From a virus (taxonomy: Duplodnaviria; Caudoviricetes), in IMG/VR virus record IMGVR_UViG_3300030419_000877, positions 1 through 56,082 of that record: a stretch of DNA of 56,082 nt, one strand, 5' to 3'. Positions 28,903 to 37,235 of the stretch are shown here, piece after piece. Below the pieces are notes generated by a model. It worked only from the letters and a program-made list of their open reading frames with translations, made no database searches and was not told where the DNA came from. Each line of letters begins with the position of its first letter. Within the stretch, counting starts at the first letter, position 1. The position numbers and the translations under genes are program-made.

Positions 28903-29401
28903 CCCTCATTTCACTTAACCACTCTGGCATATATCTACCTTTGTTGTATCTAGCGAATCGCATTTTGTCTACATAATAAAACTTACGATAGGCATTTACT
29001 GGCATAAATTCATCTGTCTTTAAATCATCATGTCCACTGAAACACTGTGGGTGTTTTGTAATGCCTAACTCTGGTAGAAACTGACCACCTTTAGATAAAG
29101 CAATACTGTGTTTTCCTGCTCCATGCCATTTGTTATATCTGTGGTGGTATTCCCCTAGCATGGCACAATACAAACTATACGCATATTCATAATTACTTCT
29201 ACTGTGCATAGCCCATAGTGTACAAGGGTGCTTTTGATGAACTGGTTTATACAAATCATTCTCCTCTGCGTACTCTGGTGCGTGATGCCATAAAGCAGTA
29301 CATAGCATCTGCGATTCTTCCAATGGCATCTTTACAATATGTTGGTCACATAATGATTGTGCTATGCTTACAACATCATAATCTATAATAAATCTATTCA
29401 T
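28889..29401 (-). CDS. Pyrimidine-dimer DNA glycosylase (T4 endonuclease V-like) family protein
   Basis: DQHIVKMPLE..QML, HPCTLWA, EY..RY.K.H, PQC, AYRKFY..DK. Confidence 0.7.
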   Translation of the reverse strand: MNRFIIDYDVVSIAQSLCDQHIVKMPLEESQMLCTALWHHAPEYAEENDLYKPVHQKHPCTLWAMHSRSNYEYAYSLYCAMLGEYHHRYNKWHGAGKHSIALSKGGQFLPELGITKHPQCFSGHDDLKTDEFMPVNAYRKFYYVDKMRFARYNKGRYMPEWLSEMRVDYA

Positions 29402-29405
29402 CTCA

Positions 29406-29630
29406 CTAATCCCCATGTTTTGCGAAGTACCATTGTCCTATTCCAAAACTTCTATCAAAGTACGAGTCCATTAATTTTAATACTTCATAGTTTACATCAT
29501 CATCAGTACACTCTTTCCCATCAATATCTTTGTGCATCATGGAGTCGTACAGTATATCGTGTAGCTTTCCATATAAAGACACCCATACATCTTTAGGTAA
29601 TTTTATTCGTTTCATCTCACTATTCCCCAT
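29406..29630 (-). CDS. Hypothetical early protein
   Basis: ORF in operon. Confidence 0.5.
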   Translation of the reverse strand: MGNSEMKRIKLPKDVWVSLYGKLHDILYDSMMHKDIDGKECTDDDVNYEVLKLMDSYFDRSFGIGQWYFAKHGD

Positions 29631-29983
29631 GTTATCTGCGATTTAATCGAATCAACTGTCGAATCACAGTCTACACTATCTCCATTCTCATCACAACCAA
29701 TAATTAAACCTCTGTTTACTAGCGGTATATTCTGGTGCATCTCATGGGCATTGTAGCGGTAGGTAAACCAATGCTTATCCTCATTTGGTGCATACAATCC
29801 CTCATCATCTACATAAATGCCATCATTACCCATTGGTATTCGCACAATGTCAAAGGCTCTTACTTTATGTGAATTGCCAAACGAATTGGTAAAACTTAGG
29901 TGCTCATAGATAGTCTTATAATCTCCATTGTAGTCTATCTGTGTTATCTGTTTTGCCTTTGGGTCTATAAGTATTGCTCTCAT
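29612..29983 (-). CDS. DUF3846-like protein
   Basis: AILIDP, IYVDDEGL, GLIIG.DENGD; AGGAGAGG RBS. Confidence 0.7.
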   Translation of the reverse strand: MRAILIDPKAKQITQIDYNGDYKTIYEHLSFTNSFGNSHKVRAFDIVRIPMGNDGIYVDDEGLYAPNEDKHWFTYRYNAHEMHQNIPLVNRGLIIGCDENGDSVDCDSTVDSIKSQITWGIVR

Positions 29984-30157
29984 GCTACCTCTCCTTTACT
30001 AAAACTTTAGGGGAACATTCACTACAACAATCTGTGTGTACATAATTATCCCACGCAAAGTTATAATCGTCTGTCGTTATTTCATTAGGGTCAAAGTTTG
30101 TGTGGCATACACCACAAGTTATAACATCTTCTTCCCATATTTCACTAATTTTTACAC

Positions 30158-30538
30158 TCATGCTACTTCCCCTTTACCAAAATATTTCTTTGCTACATCT
30201 GTAGTTATAATATATTCTCCCCCATTTTTCAAGTCTTGAATTAGATAAGGTTTACTTCTTGCCTTACGTCTAAAACCAGACAGACTAAAATCCTTGCCAT
30301 CTAGTTTGGCTATCTTGGTTAGGTCTAGGTTATCCATCTCAGCAAATATTTCTAAGTCTTTCTGCGTTTGAGATTTTGACCCTTTAATCTTTAGGTTTAG
30401 CTTAAAGGTTACTTCATCATCACTAAATGATGCGTTACCTACTGTTACGTCAAATTGTTCAAGTCTTTCGTTATCTTTAAGAATATTATCTAATGTTTCT
30501 CTTACTCTCTTTAGTATTTGTCTATCTAGTTTTTCCAC
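30158..30538 (-). CDS. Hypothetical early protein
   Basis: AGGAG RBS before GTG, 126 aa. Confidence 0.6.
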   Translation of the reverse strand: MEKLDRQILKRVRETLDNILKDNERLEQFDVTVGNASFSDDEVTFKLNLKIKGSKSQTQKDLEIFAEMDNLDLTKIAKLDGKDFSLSGFRRKARSKPYLIQDLKNGGEYIITTDVAKKYFGKGEVA

Positions 30539-30566
30539 GATTTTACTCCTATTAAAATGTCTATAA

Positions 30567-30599
30567 TTAGTTTTACCCTACTTTAAATGATTCGGTCAA
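30567..30599 (-). promoter_or_regulatory. Putative sigma70-type early promoter
   Basis: Minus strand TTGACC-N18-TAAAACTAA with a GANTC right after the -35, intergenic. Confidence 0.45.
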
Positions 30600-30661
30600 G
30601 TTTTATTTCTCGAACCCTACCCTACCCTATCCTATGATAGTAAATCTTTCATAATTTTTTC

Positions 30662-30702
30662 AAAAGAAAAAAGTGGCGAGTCTTGGTGGTTATCGACTCG
30701 CC
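30662..30702 (-). terminator. Probable intrinsic terminator after GP88-like gene
   Basis: GGCGAGTC-12 nt-GACTCGCC inverted repeat followed on minus strand by a U-rich run. Confidence 0.65.
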
Positions 30703-30724
30703 TAGTTAGGAGGAAACGACTCAA

Positions 30725-31432
30725 CTATCTTTTAATCTTTTCAACTATAATATTATTATCTTGTTTGTCTGAGTGTTTATAACATCTCAAACAATCTTTG
30801 CATTGTTGACCGCTACAATTTTGAATCTCTTTGAAATTTTCACCATTTACATTATTAAAAACTTTATCAAAATTTTTGGGAATCTTGGTTATAACTTTAT
30901 CGACTCTAGTATTAGAAAAAACAATAATAAGATTTTTTGGTTTATCTCTCTTATCAAAAAACTTTTTTATAATGTCACTGCGTTTTGTCCATAAAGCAAA
31001 ATTACAATGCGGATTATATTCCGCTATCCTACAGTAATTTTCTATCATGTTATATTTAGGAAATCTTTTAATAATGACTCCGTTGTCGTCAACAATTTCT
31101 GTTAATAATTCCCCATGATGATTAAACCTAAAAAAAGCTTGTAGAAAATAAAATTGCTTTATTTCGTTATCATCAAGAATCTTTTCCGCTAATATTTCGT
31201 TTTTATCTAATGATAGCGGTAAGTTTTTCATATAAGAATTTATTGATGAATGGGAGTAACAGACTCCGCATACGTCAACAATTTTTCCCGCCAATTCGTT
31301 TTTCTTTTTTCCCTCTAAAAATTTTTGATAACAGAATCCGTTTTTCTTGGTATTGTTTCCGATTGCATTAAAATCTTTTAACTTGCCACGCAACTTAGAA
31401 ACATGACCTAGTTGAGTATTATCTAAAGGCAT
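30725..31432 (-). CDS. GP88-like (Cys-rich, radical-SAM-like) phage protein
   Basis: C....CGVCY, FRFNHHGE, FALWTK, PKNLII, CSGQQCKDCLRC. Confidence 0.65.
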   Translation of the reverse strand: MPLDNTQLGHVSKLRGKLKDFNAIGNNTKKNGFCYQKFLEGKKKNELAGKIVDVCGVCYSHSSINSYMKNLPLSLDKNEILAEKILDDNEIKQFYFLQAFFRFNHHGELLTEIVDDNGVIIKRFPKYNMIENYCRIAEYNPHCNFALWTKRSDIIKKFFDKRDKPKNLIIVFSNTRVDKVITKIPKNFDKVFNNVNGENFKEIQNCSGQQCKDCLRCYKHSDKQDNNIIVEKIKR

Positions 31433-31433
31433 T

Positions 31434-31643
31434 TTATATTCTCCTTAATGTAATTGTAATATAGATTAAACCTAAACCGCCTAAACCATAATGAAACAAT
31501 GCGGTATAAAAAAAGAATAAATCAATATTACTATTTCCGAAATCTGAAATAAAAGTTGAAGACATCATGTTAATATAAATGTTTCCTATTATAAACATCA
31601 TAAAACAAGCTAACATCTGAAATATTTTACCTAGTACAATCAT
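31434..31643 (-). CDS. Small two-TM membrane protein
   Basis: GGAGG RBS before ATG 31643; two hydrophobic stretches. Confidence 0.55.
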   Translation of the reverse strand: MIVLGKIFQMLACFMMFIIGNIYINMMSSTFISDFGNSNIDLFFFYTALFHYGLGGLGLIYITITLRRI

Positions 31644-31705
31644 TTTTGAATCCTCCAATTTTATAGGCGGAGTCTAGCATTAAACCAGACTCCGCTTGTT
31701 TAAAT

Positions 31706-32062
31706 TTATTGTTGAGTAATAACAGTTGTTATTCTCTTACCATTCGTCAACTTGCGTTGTTTCTGTACTAAATAATCATAAGTACGAGTCCCACCATTTC
31801 TGGAATAATTCGCATAGTAATTGACTCGGTTTCCAATTCTCACAACTAGAAAGCCCTCTTTGGATTTACCGCCACTTGTAAGATAAATTGCGTTATCTTG
31901 AGTCTTGTCATTAATGCGGACTCTGTATGGTTGCACGTTGTTTAACTCTAAAAGGTCAAAAACAAATTTTGCCATTTCTTGACTATCGCTAGTAAAATCA
32001 AACATTTTAATAGCGGTTTTGATTTGCTTGTTGTGGATTGCGTTTATATCTAAATTTTGCAT
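31706..32062 (-). CDS. Hypothetical immediate-early protein
   Basis: GGAGG RBS before ATG 32062. Confidence 0.6.
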   Translation of the reverse strand: MQNLDINAIHNKQIKTAIKMFDFTSDSQEMAKFVFDLLELNNVQPYRVRINDKTQDNAIYLTSGGKSKEGFLVVRIGNRVNYYANYSRNGGTRTYDYLVQKQRKLTNGKRITTVITQQ

Positions 32063-32111
32063 GTTTACCTCCAATGGTTTATATGCGGTTATTGTTAAAC
32101 TCAAATACTAA

Positions 32112-32567
32112 TTATTTACCAATTCGTCGATTAAAGTCATTAATAGCGGTTTCTAAGTCAAGGTCATAATGACCATTAGAAAATGATATTCCCTCCTCAT
32201 TCTCAGAAAAAAAGATAGTGAAATAAGCTTTATCTGAAAAAGTAGGATTATTAAATTTTCCTAGAATAAAACCGAGTCCGTTTTGTTCGAGTGGCGTTTT
32301 GCCTTTTTCGATAATTAAAGCGGTTTTTCCTCCAATTATAACAGTAGAAGAGTCAAGCGGAGTCACAGTCTGAATTTCAGAATCAATATCAACCATAGTG
32401 ACATTATGCTTTTCTACTAAATCAGATTTTAATTCAGGATTGTTATTGATATACCTTTGAATAGCTAACTTTCGTAATTCAAGATTTTCAATTAAATCCG
32501 AATTGAAATTTCCGTCAATCGTTGCGTGTGAAATTGCGTTGTTTATTTGTGTGTTATTTATAACCAT
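32112..32567 (-). CDS. Hypothetical immediate-early protein (first gene of early arm)
   Basis: AAGGA RBS; C-terminal GHYD....A..DF..R motif. Confidence 0.6.
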   Translation of the reverse strand: MVINNTQINNAISHATIDGNFNSDLIENLELRKLAIQRYINNNPELKSDLVEKHNVTMVDIDSEIQTVTPLDSSTVIIGGKTALIIEKGKTPLEQNGLGFILGKFNNPTFSDKAYFTIFFSENEEGISFSNGHYDLDLETAINDFNRRIGK

Positions 32568-33017
32568 TTTTTACGTTTCCTTGTTTTGATGATTCGCCAA
32601 AATCAACGAATCAATATTGAATTAATAAGATTATGACTCAGAATGACTCAGAAATAAAGTTTTTTATAAATTATTTTTTATAGGACTAAACATCATTAAT
32701 TTTTTTAATAGGTATATTCGGAGTCGATAGTGTCCGCTTGTAGATATTTTTAGAGTCTGCAACGGAGTCGGGGTGATACCGCTTTTTATGGCCATATTTC
32801 AGACTCAACGAATAACTAAACAGTTTATAAACGTATATAAATCAATAATTTATACTTATATTCCTACCGCTTTTTAAAAATATTATTCCCAAAATACACA
32901 CGCTATTTTTTCACACCGCACCGCCTACCGCTGCCTACGCAACGTGATAGTGCGTGGGACACCCCCCCATCTATGGTATATATATATGTACAAATACACA
33001 GAAGTGGTTTTTTTGAC

Positions 33018-33049
33018 TTGACAGGAGGTGAAAAACATGGTATAACTAA
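33018..33049 (+). promoter_or_regulatory. Sigma70-type promoter of late arm
   Basis: TTGACA-N17-TATAAC(TAA), with TG upstream of -10. Confidence 0.75.
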
Positions 33050-33103
33050 GTTAAGACTTCTTAGTTGAAACATAAAGTTATAACATATATAATATATACA
33101 TTA

Positions 33104-33171
33104 ATATAGTTAAGACTATATGTTATAACTATCTATATTATATACATAAATATAGTTAAAACTATATGTTA
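33104..33171. repeat. Two 22-bp direct repeats, each palindromic
   Basis: ATATAGTTAAGACTATATGTTA at 33104 and ATATAGTTAAAACTATATGTTA at 33150. Confidence 0.85.
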
Positions 33172-33227
33172 AGACTCTCTCTTTATATATACTCATATTA
33201 ATTATTCCTTCCTACCTAAATTAACTA

Positions 33228-33515
33228 TTGACAATGCGTAAAAATAAAGTAAAACTATATTCATCTGATAATGTTATCGAAGAGTTCTACGAAGCTATCA
33301 GTGAAAACAACCCAAATAAGGCTCAAAGACTTCATATTCCTAAATCAGATGTCTTCTATATCCGTCAAGCCATCTATGAAAAAACTGGAAACCTTTACAC
33401 CCTAGACCACGTAGAACGTGCCTTGTTTTTGGAAGGATACCTAAATAGAGGGGAAGTCCTAGACCCTGATAGACCTAGAGGTTACTGCTCATATGACACC
33501 AGAGATGCTAGATAG
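33228..33515 (+). CDS. Hypothetical protein, first gene of late arm
   Basis: About 93-95 aa ORF, HIPKSDVFYIR motif. Confidence 0.6.
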   Translation: MTMRKNKVKLYSSDNVIEEFYEAISENNPNKAQRLHIPKSDVFYIRQAIYEKTGNLYTLDHVERALFLEGYLNRGEVLDPDRPRGYCSYDTRDAR

Positions 33516-33732
33516 ATGGAAAATCCTGCCAAGACTAATGATGTTGACCATGACAGGCGTTTACATTCGCTGTATCGAATGGGCTTTGAGTCAGCCAGAC
33601 TTGAGTACGGCACAAGCAGGGCTAGTATCAGTGATAACTGGTGCTATGACTGGGAGTTTCGCCATATGGATGGGTGCAGAGAGCAAATCGGAACAGAGGT
33701 CATTACCACCGCAAACAAGGGAAGAACATTAA
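33493..33732 (+). CDS. Small two-TM membrane protein (holin-like)
   Basis: DRWKILPRLMM, two TM helices, GAGG RBS. Confidence 0.6.
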   Translation: MTPEMLDRWKILPRLMMLTMTGVYIRCIEWALSQPDLSTAQAGLVSVITGAMTGSFAIWMGAESKSEQRSLPPQTREEH

Positions 33733-33820
33733 TGCTTACAAAAATATGGAAATACTTTAAGAGAATATGGTGTGCAGTTCTAAATAAGAAGTGCAGTGAC
33801 GACTGCGACTGTAACGTGTA

Positions 33821-34123
33821 ATGGCTGCAGACCCAAGAATAAAACGAGCAGGTGTTTCTGGTTTTAATAAGCCAAAGCGAACACCGGGACATCCCACAAA
33901 GTCTCACGTAGTTGTAGCCAAAAGCCAAGGCAAGATCAAAACCATACGGTTCGGACAACAGGGTAAAAAGGTGGGTACAGTAAGTGGAACAGCAGGAGCA
34001 CCTAAAGCAGGTGAGTCCAGACGAATGAAAATGAAGCGGAAGAGCTTTAAGGCTCGACACGCTAAGAATATAGCAAGAGGTCCAATGTCAGCGGCATATT
34101 GGGCTGATAAGGTAAAGTGGTAA
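33821..34123 (+). CDS. Small highly basic conserved-type phage protein
   Basis: NKPKRTPGHPTKSHVV, IRFGQQG, SFKARH, SAAYWADKVKW. Confidence 0.7.
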   Translation: MAADPRIKRAGVSGFNKPKRTPGHPTKSHVVVAKSQGKIKTIRFGQQGKKVGTVSGTAGAPKAGESRRMKMKRKSFKARHAKNIARGPMSAAYWADKVKW

Positions 34124-34485
34124 TGATTGGTACAATACTTAGTTCAGTAACGAGTTTAGCATCTTCCTACATTGATGGCAAAACAGCCATACAAAAAGCT
34201 GAAGCTACCATCAAGATGAAAGAAGCTACTGGTGAGATAGACTGGGACTTAGCTGCTATGAGGGCTTCACAAAGCTCATGGAAAGACGAGTGGTTGACGC
34301 TACTTTTCAGTATCCCACTCATCCTAGCATTTTGTGGAGATTGGGGAAGGGGTGTAGTAGCAGATGGCTTTGCAGCTCTTGCAGGTATGCCACAGTGGTA
34401 TCAGGTTGCGTTGGGAGCTATTGTATCTGCCTCCTTTGCGACAAGAGCCACAGCGAAGTTCTTTAACACAAGAAAGAAGAAATGA
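34123..34485 (+). CDS. Holin-like membrane protein
   Basis: SWKDEW motif, TM segments, basic C-terminus, upstream of endolysin. Confidence 0.65.
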   Translation: MIGTILSSVTSLASSYIDGKTAIQKAEATIKMKEATGEIDWDLAAMRASQSSWKDEWLTLLFSIPLILAFCGDWGRGVVADGFAALAGMPQWYQVALGAIVSASFATRATAKFFNTRKKK

Positions 34486-34730
34486 ACAAACAAGCTTTAC
34501 TTACCCACTGCTTTATGTTCGTGTTTGGTTGCCTAGTGGTATATATAATATTATGAGAATAATACTGGCTGTGTACATTAGTTACTTCTTTATGCTACTT
34601 ACGGTAGCCCTAGCAAGTGACCTTGAAGTTTTAGAGTACCTACTACCGTCAGAGCAACAGAATAGTATGTACATATATTTATTTTGGGTAGGAGTAGCAT
34701 TTATCTACCTATTTTTTACAAGGACAAAAC

Positions 34731-35003
34731 GTGTCAACAATACAAGCAACACACTCGTATAACAACACTAATTCGTATAATACGACCAATACGACAATAA
34801 ATAACTTGACAATCACACCTGATACGAGTTATAATACCCATAGGGTTGTAACACAAAAGTATCAACTCGATTTACAGCAAAGGTTTCAAGAAGCAATGAG
34901 AGCTTTGTTGTATATGTTATTAATGCAAACATTATTTAAGAATCAAATGTTTGATATGTTAGGTGCTGTCAAGTACCATAGATCAATAGATTGGAGAGCG
35001 TAA
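34731..35003 (+). CDS. Hypothetical protein
   Basis: AAGGA RBS before GTG; N/T-rich N-terminus. Confidence 0.45.
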   Translation: MSTIQATHSYNNTNSYNTTNTTINNLTITPDTSYNTHRVVTQKYQLDLQQRFQEAMRALLYMLLMQTLFKNQMFDMLGAVKYHRSIDWRA

Positions 35004-35005
35004 AC

Positions 35006-35473
35006 ATGGCATTTCATTTGTCTAAGAAGAGTTATAGAAAGTTAGAAGGGGTAAACCCCCAATTAGTAGAAACTGTAGAAAAAGCCATAAAGCTGTCTAA
35101 AGTGGACTTCGGAGTTATTTATGGGGTCAGAACTTTGGATGAGCAAAAGAAACTATATGAAGCAGGACGGTCACAAACGATGCGTAGCAAACACCTTTTA
35201 CAAGATGACGATACATCACATGCAGTGGACTTAATGGCATATGATGGTAAAAATCCATGTTGGGAATTAAATTTATATGATGATATTGCTGACGCAATGA
35301 AAGCTGCGGCTAAAGAGACTGGTGCAGTGATTCGTTGGGGAGCGGCATGGAATATAGATAATATAGCTGAATGGGATAGACCAATGGAAGATGCTATGAA
35401 TCACTATATAGACGTAAGACGTAATCAAGGCAGAAGACCGTTTATTGATGGTCCTCACTTTGAATTAAACTAA
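35006..35473 (+). CDS. Endolysin, M15-family L-Ala-D-Glu peptidase
   Basis: G.RT..EQ..LY..G.SQT..SKH, HAVDL, RWG..W, DGPHFEL. Confidence 0.9.
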   Translation: MAFHLSKKSYRKLEGVNPQLVETVEKAIKLSKVDFGVIYGVRTLDEQKKLYEAGRSQTMRSKHLLQDDDTSHAVDLMAYDGKNPCWELNLYDDIADAMKAAAKETGAVIRWGAAWNIDNIAEWDRPMEDAMNHYIDVRRNQGRRPFIDGPHFELN

Positions 35474-35484
35474 GGGAGAAAATA

Positions 35485-35727
35485 ATGGCAGCACTAAAAG
35501 ATATGAGTAAGCCACAGCTTATTAAGTTTTTTGGAGATTTAGCTATATCTGAAAAATTTGATAAAATGACAAAACAAGAAATATTGTCACTTGTTAAGGA
35601 TGGCAAAAAAGGGTATGGTCTTTCTATTACAAAAGATGTAAGTAACTGGAATAAGGGTGGTTTAAACACGACTAAAAAATATGCGAACCCTGTAAAAGTA
35701 GTTAATAACTTAAAAGGCAAAAAGTAA
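35485..35727 (+). CDS. Small basic protein with WNKGG motif
   Basis: GGGAG RBS, 80 aa. Confidence 0.6.
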   Translation: MAALKDMSKPQLIKFFGDLAISEKFDKMTKQEILSLVKDGKKGYGLSITKDVSNWNKGGLNTTKKYANPVKVVNNLKGKK

Positions 35728-35731
35728 CTAA

Positions 35732-35953
35732 GTGGCTAGAAACTACAAAAGAGAGTACGCATTAAGCGGTGCAAAGCCCAATGAGAAGAAGAATAGGGCT
35801 TCTCGCAACAAAGTTAGAAGAGCCATGCTAAAAACAGGGGCTGTTCGCAAGGGTGATGGCAAAGACATTGACCATATAGACAAAAACCCACGAAATAATA
35901 GCCGTTCTAACCTGCGAGTAGTAAGCAAAAGGGTAAACAGGGCAAAAAAATGA
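35732..35953 (+). CDS. Small HNH-motif protein
   Basis: RNYKREY...GDGKDIDH....NN...NLRV....N. Confidence 0.75.
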   Translation: MARNYKREYALSGAKPNEKKNRASRNKVRRAMLKTGAVRKGDGKDIDHIDKNPRNNSRSNLRVVSKRVNRAKK

Positions 35954-36063
35954 CCAAAAAGAAGAAAAAAGTGACCGCAGTACCCATTATGAGTTTAACA
36001 GTAGTAGCAGTACAGAAGAAAAAGCCAAATGGGAAAAAGAAGCGAGTTCCAAAGAAGGGATAG
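35950..36063 (+). CDS. 37-aa Lys-rich peptide (not in ORF track)
   Basis: ATGA overlap; MTKKKKKVTAVPIMSLTVVAVQKKKPNGKKKRVPKKG*. Confidence 0.45.
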   Translation: MTKKKKKVTAVPIMSLTVVAVQKKKPNGKKKRVPKKG

Positions 36064-36574
36064 GGACTTCTACCCAACACCAGAAGAGGGAATATTACCA
36101 CTTCTACCCCACTTGGAAGAAAAATTTACGTTTATAGAGCCTTGTGCAGGTAATGGTCAACTTGTAATGTTCCTAATGAAGTACAAAGATGGTGATTGTT
36201 GGGTACAAAGTGACATAGAACCGCAAGATAGTAGTGTAGAAAAGAGAAATGTACTTGACATTTTTTCAAAACCAGAGTATTATATTACCAATCCACCTTG
36301 GGAGCGAAAATTACTACATAAGATTATAGAACACCTAAGTGATCTAGCTCCAACGTGGTTACTGTTTGATGCAGATTGGATACACACAAAGCAGAGTCAA
36401 CCTTATCAAAGTAGATTAAAGAAGATTGTAAGTGTTGGCAGACTAAAGTGGATACCTGATAGCAAAATGACAGGAAAAGACAACTGCAGTTGGTATCTGT
36501 TTGATAAGAACAACACGCAGGAAACAGTAATAATTGGTAATAAACGAGGTTTAATTGGCGTTTCTACAGAGTAA
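36029..36574 (+). CDS. DNA amino-methyltransferase (N6-A/N4-C type)
   Basis: DFYPTP, EPCAGNG SAM-binding motif, ITNPPW catalytic motif. Confidence 0.8.
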   Translation: MGKRSEFQRRDRDFYPTPEEGILPLLPHLEEKFTFIEPCAGNGQLVMFLMKYKDGDCWVQSDIEPQDSSVEKRNVLDIFSKPEYYITNPPWERKLLHKIIEHLSDLAPTWLLFDADWIHTKQSQPYQSRLKKIVSVGRLKWIPDSKMTGKDNCSWYLFDKNNTQETVIIGNKRGLIGVSTE

Positions 36575-37235
36575 CATCCCATATTTTAAGGCATGGGTAA
36601 GACGAGAATATACGTGTAATTTTACAAAGTATCATGGTGAGTTTCTGCATTGTATGGTTATAGCAGTAACAAGTATGCCAAACAGATGTCTCAGCTTTCA
36701 AGTAATATTTACAGGATGTGAGACAGACGATATAGAAGAAAAAAATGTACACGGTGGAGCAATGTGGGCAAGAATGCCCATCACAGCATTGGTAGGCGAC
36801 ACACCTGTTGAGAAATGGGCGAAAGAAATGCCACCATACGTAGCACAGCCTTGGGACTGTATGTCTCACGAGCATTCGGTCTACGTTTTGAACAGAGCTA
36901 CTCCTGCTCCTTGGATAGCCAAGATAGATGGAGAGTTCTACCCTGCTAAGTACTACTTTACTGTAGACTATACAGACAGTGAAGTAGCTGACGACCCTGC
37001 TCAACACAAGCAAAGTCATGTGTTAGAGTTGATGGAAGCAGGAGATTATACAGGTAACATTGTTGCGTTGCCTAATAATAGAGTACGAGTAACACACCCT
37101 GCATGGTTTGAAACAGGGGAAGGAGCACCAGACTTTATGCCTAATCAAAGAGTGTTCCATTCAAAACTAGATACTGAATACGTATGGGACACCCAAAGAG
37201 TATTCGATAATTTATATGCTAAACAGGAGAAGTGA
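36555..37235 (+). CDS. Conserved-type hypothetical phage protein
   Basis: GAGG RBS before TTG; GGAMWARMPI, QPWDC, YYFTVD, QHKQSH, PNNR motifs. Confidence 0.7.
   Translation: MAFLQSNIPYFKAWVRREYTCNFTKYHGEFLHCMVIAVTSMPNRCLSFQVIFTGCETDDIEEKNVHGGAMWARMPITALVGDTPVEKWAKEMPPYVAQPWDCMSHEHSVYVLNRATPAPWIAKIDGEFYPAKYYFTVDYTDSEVADDPAQHKQSHVLELMEAGDYTGNIVALPNNRVRVTHPAWFETGEGAPDFMPNQRVFHSKLDTEYVWDTQRVFDNLYAKQEK

Larger units (their letters stand above)
32568..33227. other. Largest non-coding region: divergence point of the arms, probable physical genome end / packaging / origin region
   Basis: AT-rich, no ORF, C7 run and (TA)n tract near 32960-32990, repeats, flanked by divergent operons. Confidence 0.6.

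Noticed and set aside
30613-30634. ACCCT x3 pentamer run as a telomere-like or phase-variable repeat
   Set aside because: Too short and single; no supporting context
30589-32806. T7-like phage promoters (GACTC core)
   Set aside because: No RNA polymerase gene, no conserved 23-bp context, motifs in both orientations
33046-33175. CRISPR array or CtrA boxes
   Set aside because: Only two full repeats with low-complexity spacers; TTAA pairs are spaced 5 and 9 nt, not the 7 nt of CtrA sites
33516-33821. 101-aa ORF as annotated in the track
   Set aside because: Mostly overlaps the better-supported 33493 membrane gene; only the last 29 codons from ATG 33732 (TAATG-coupled) are plausible
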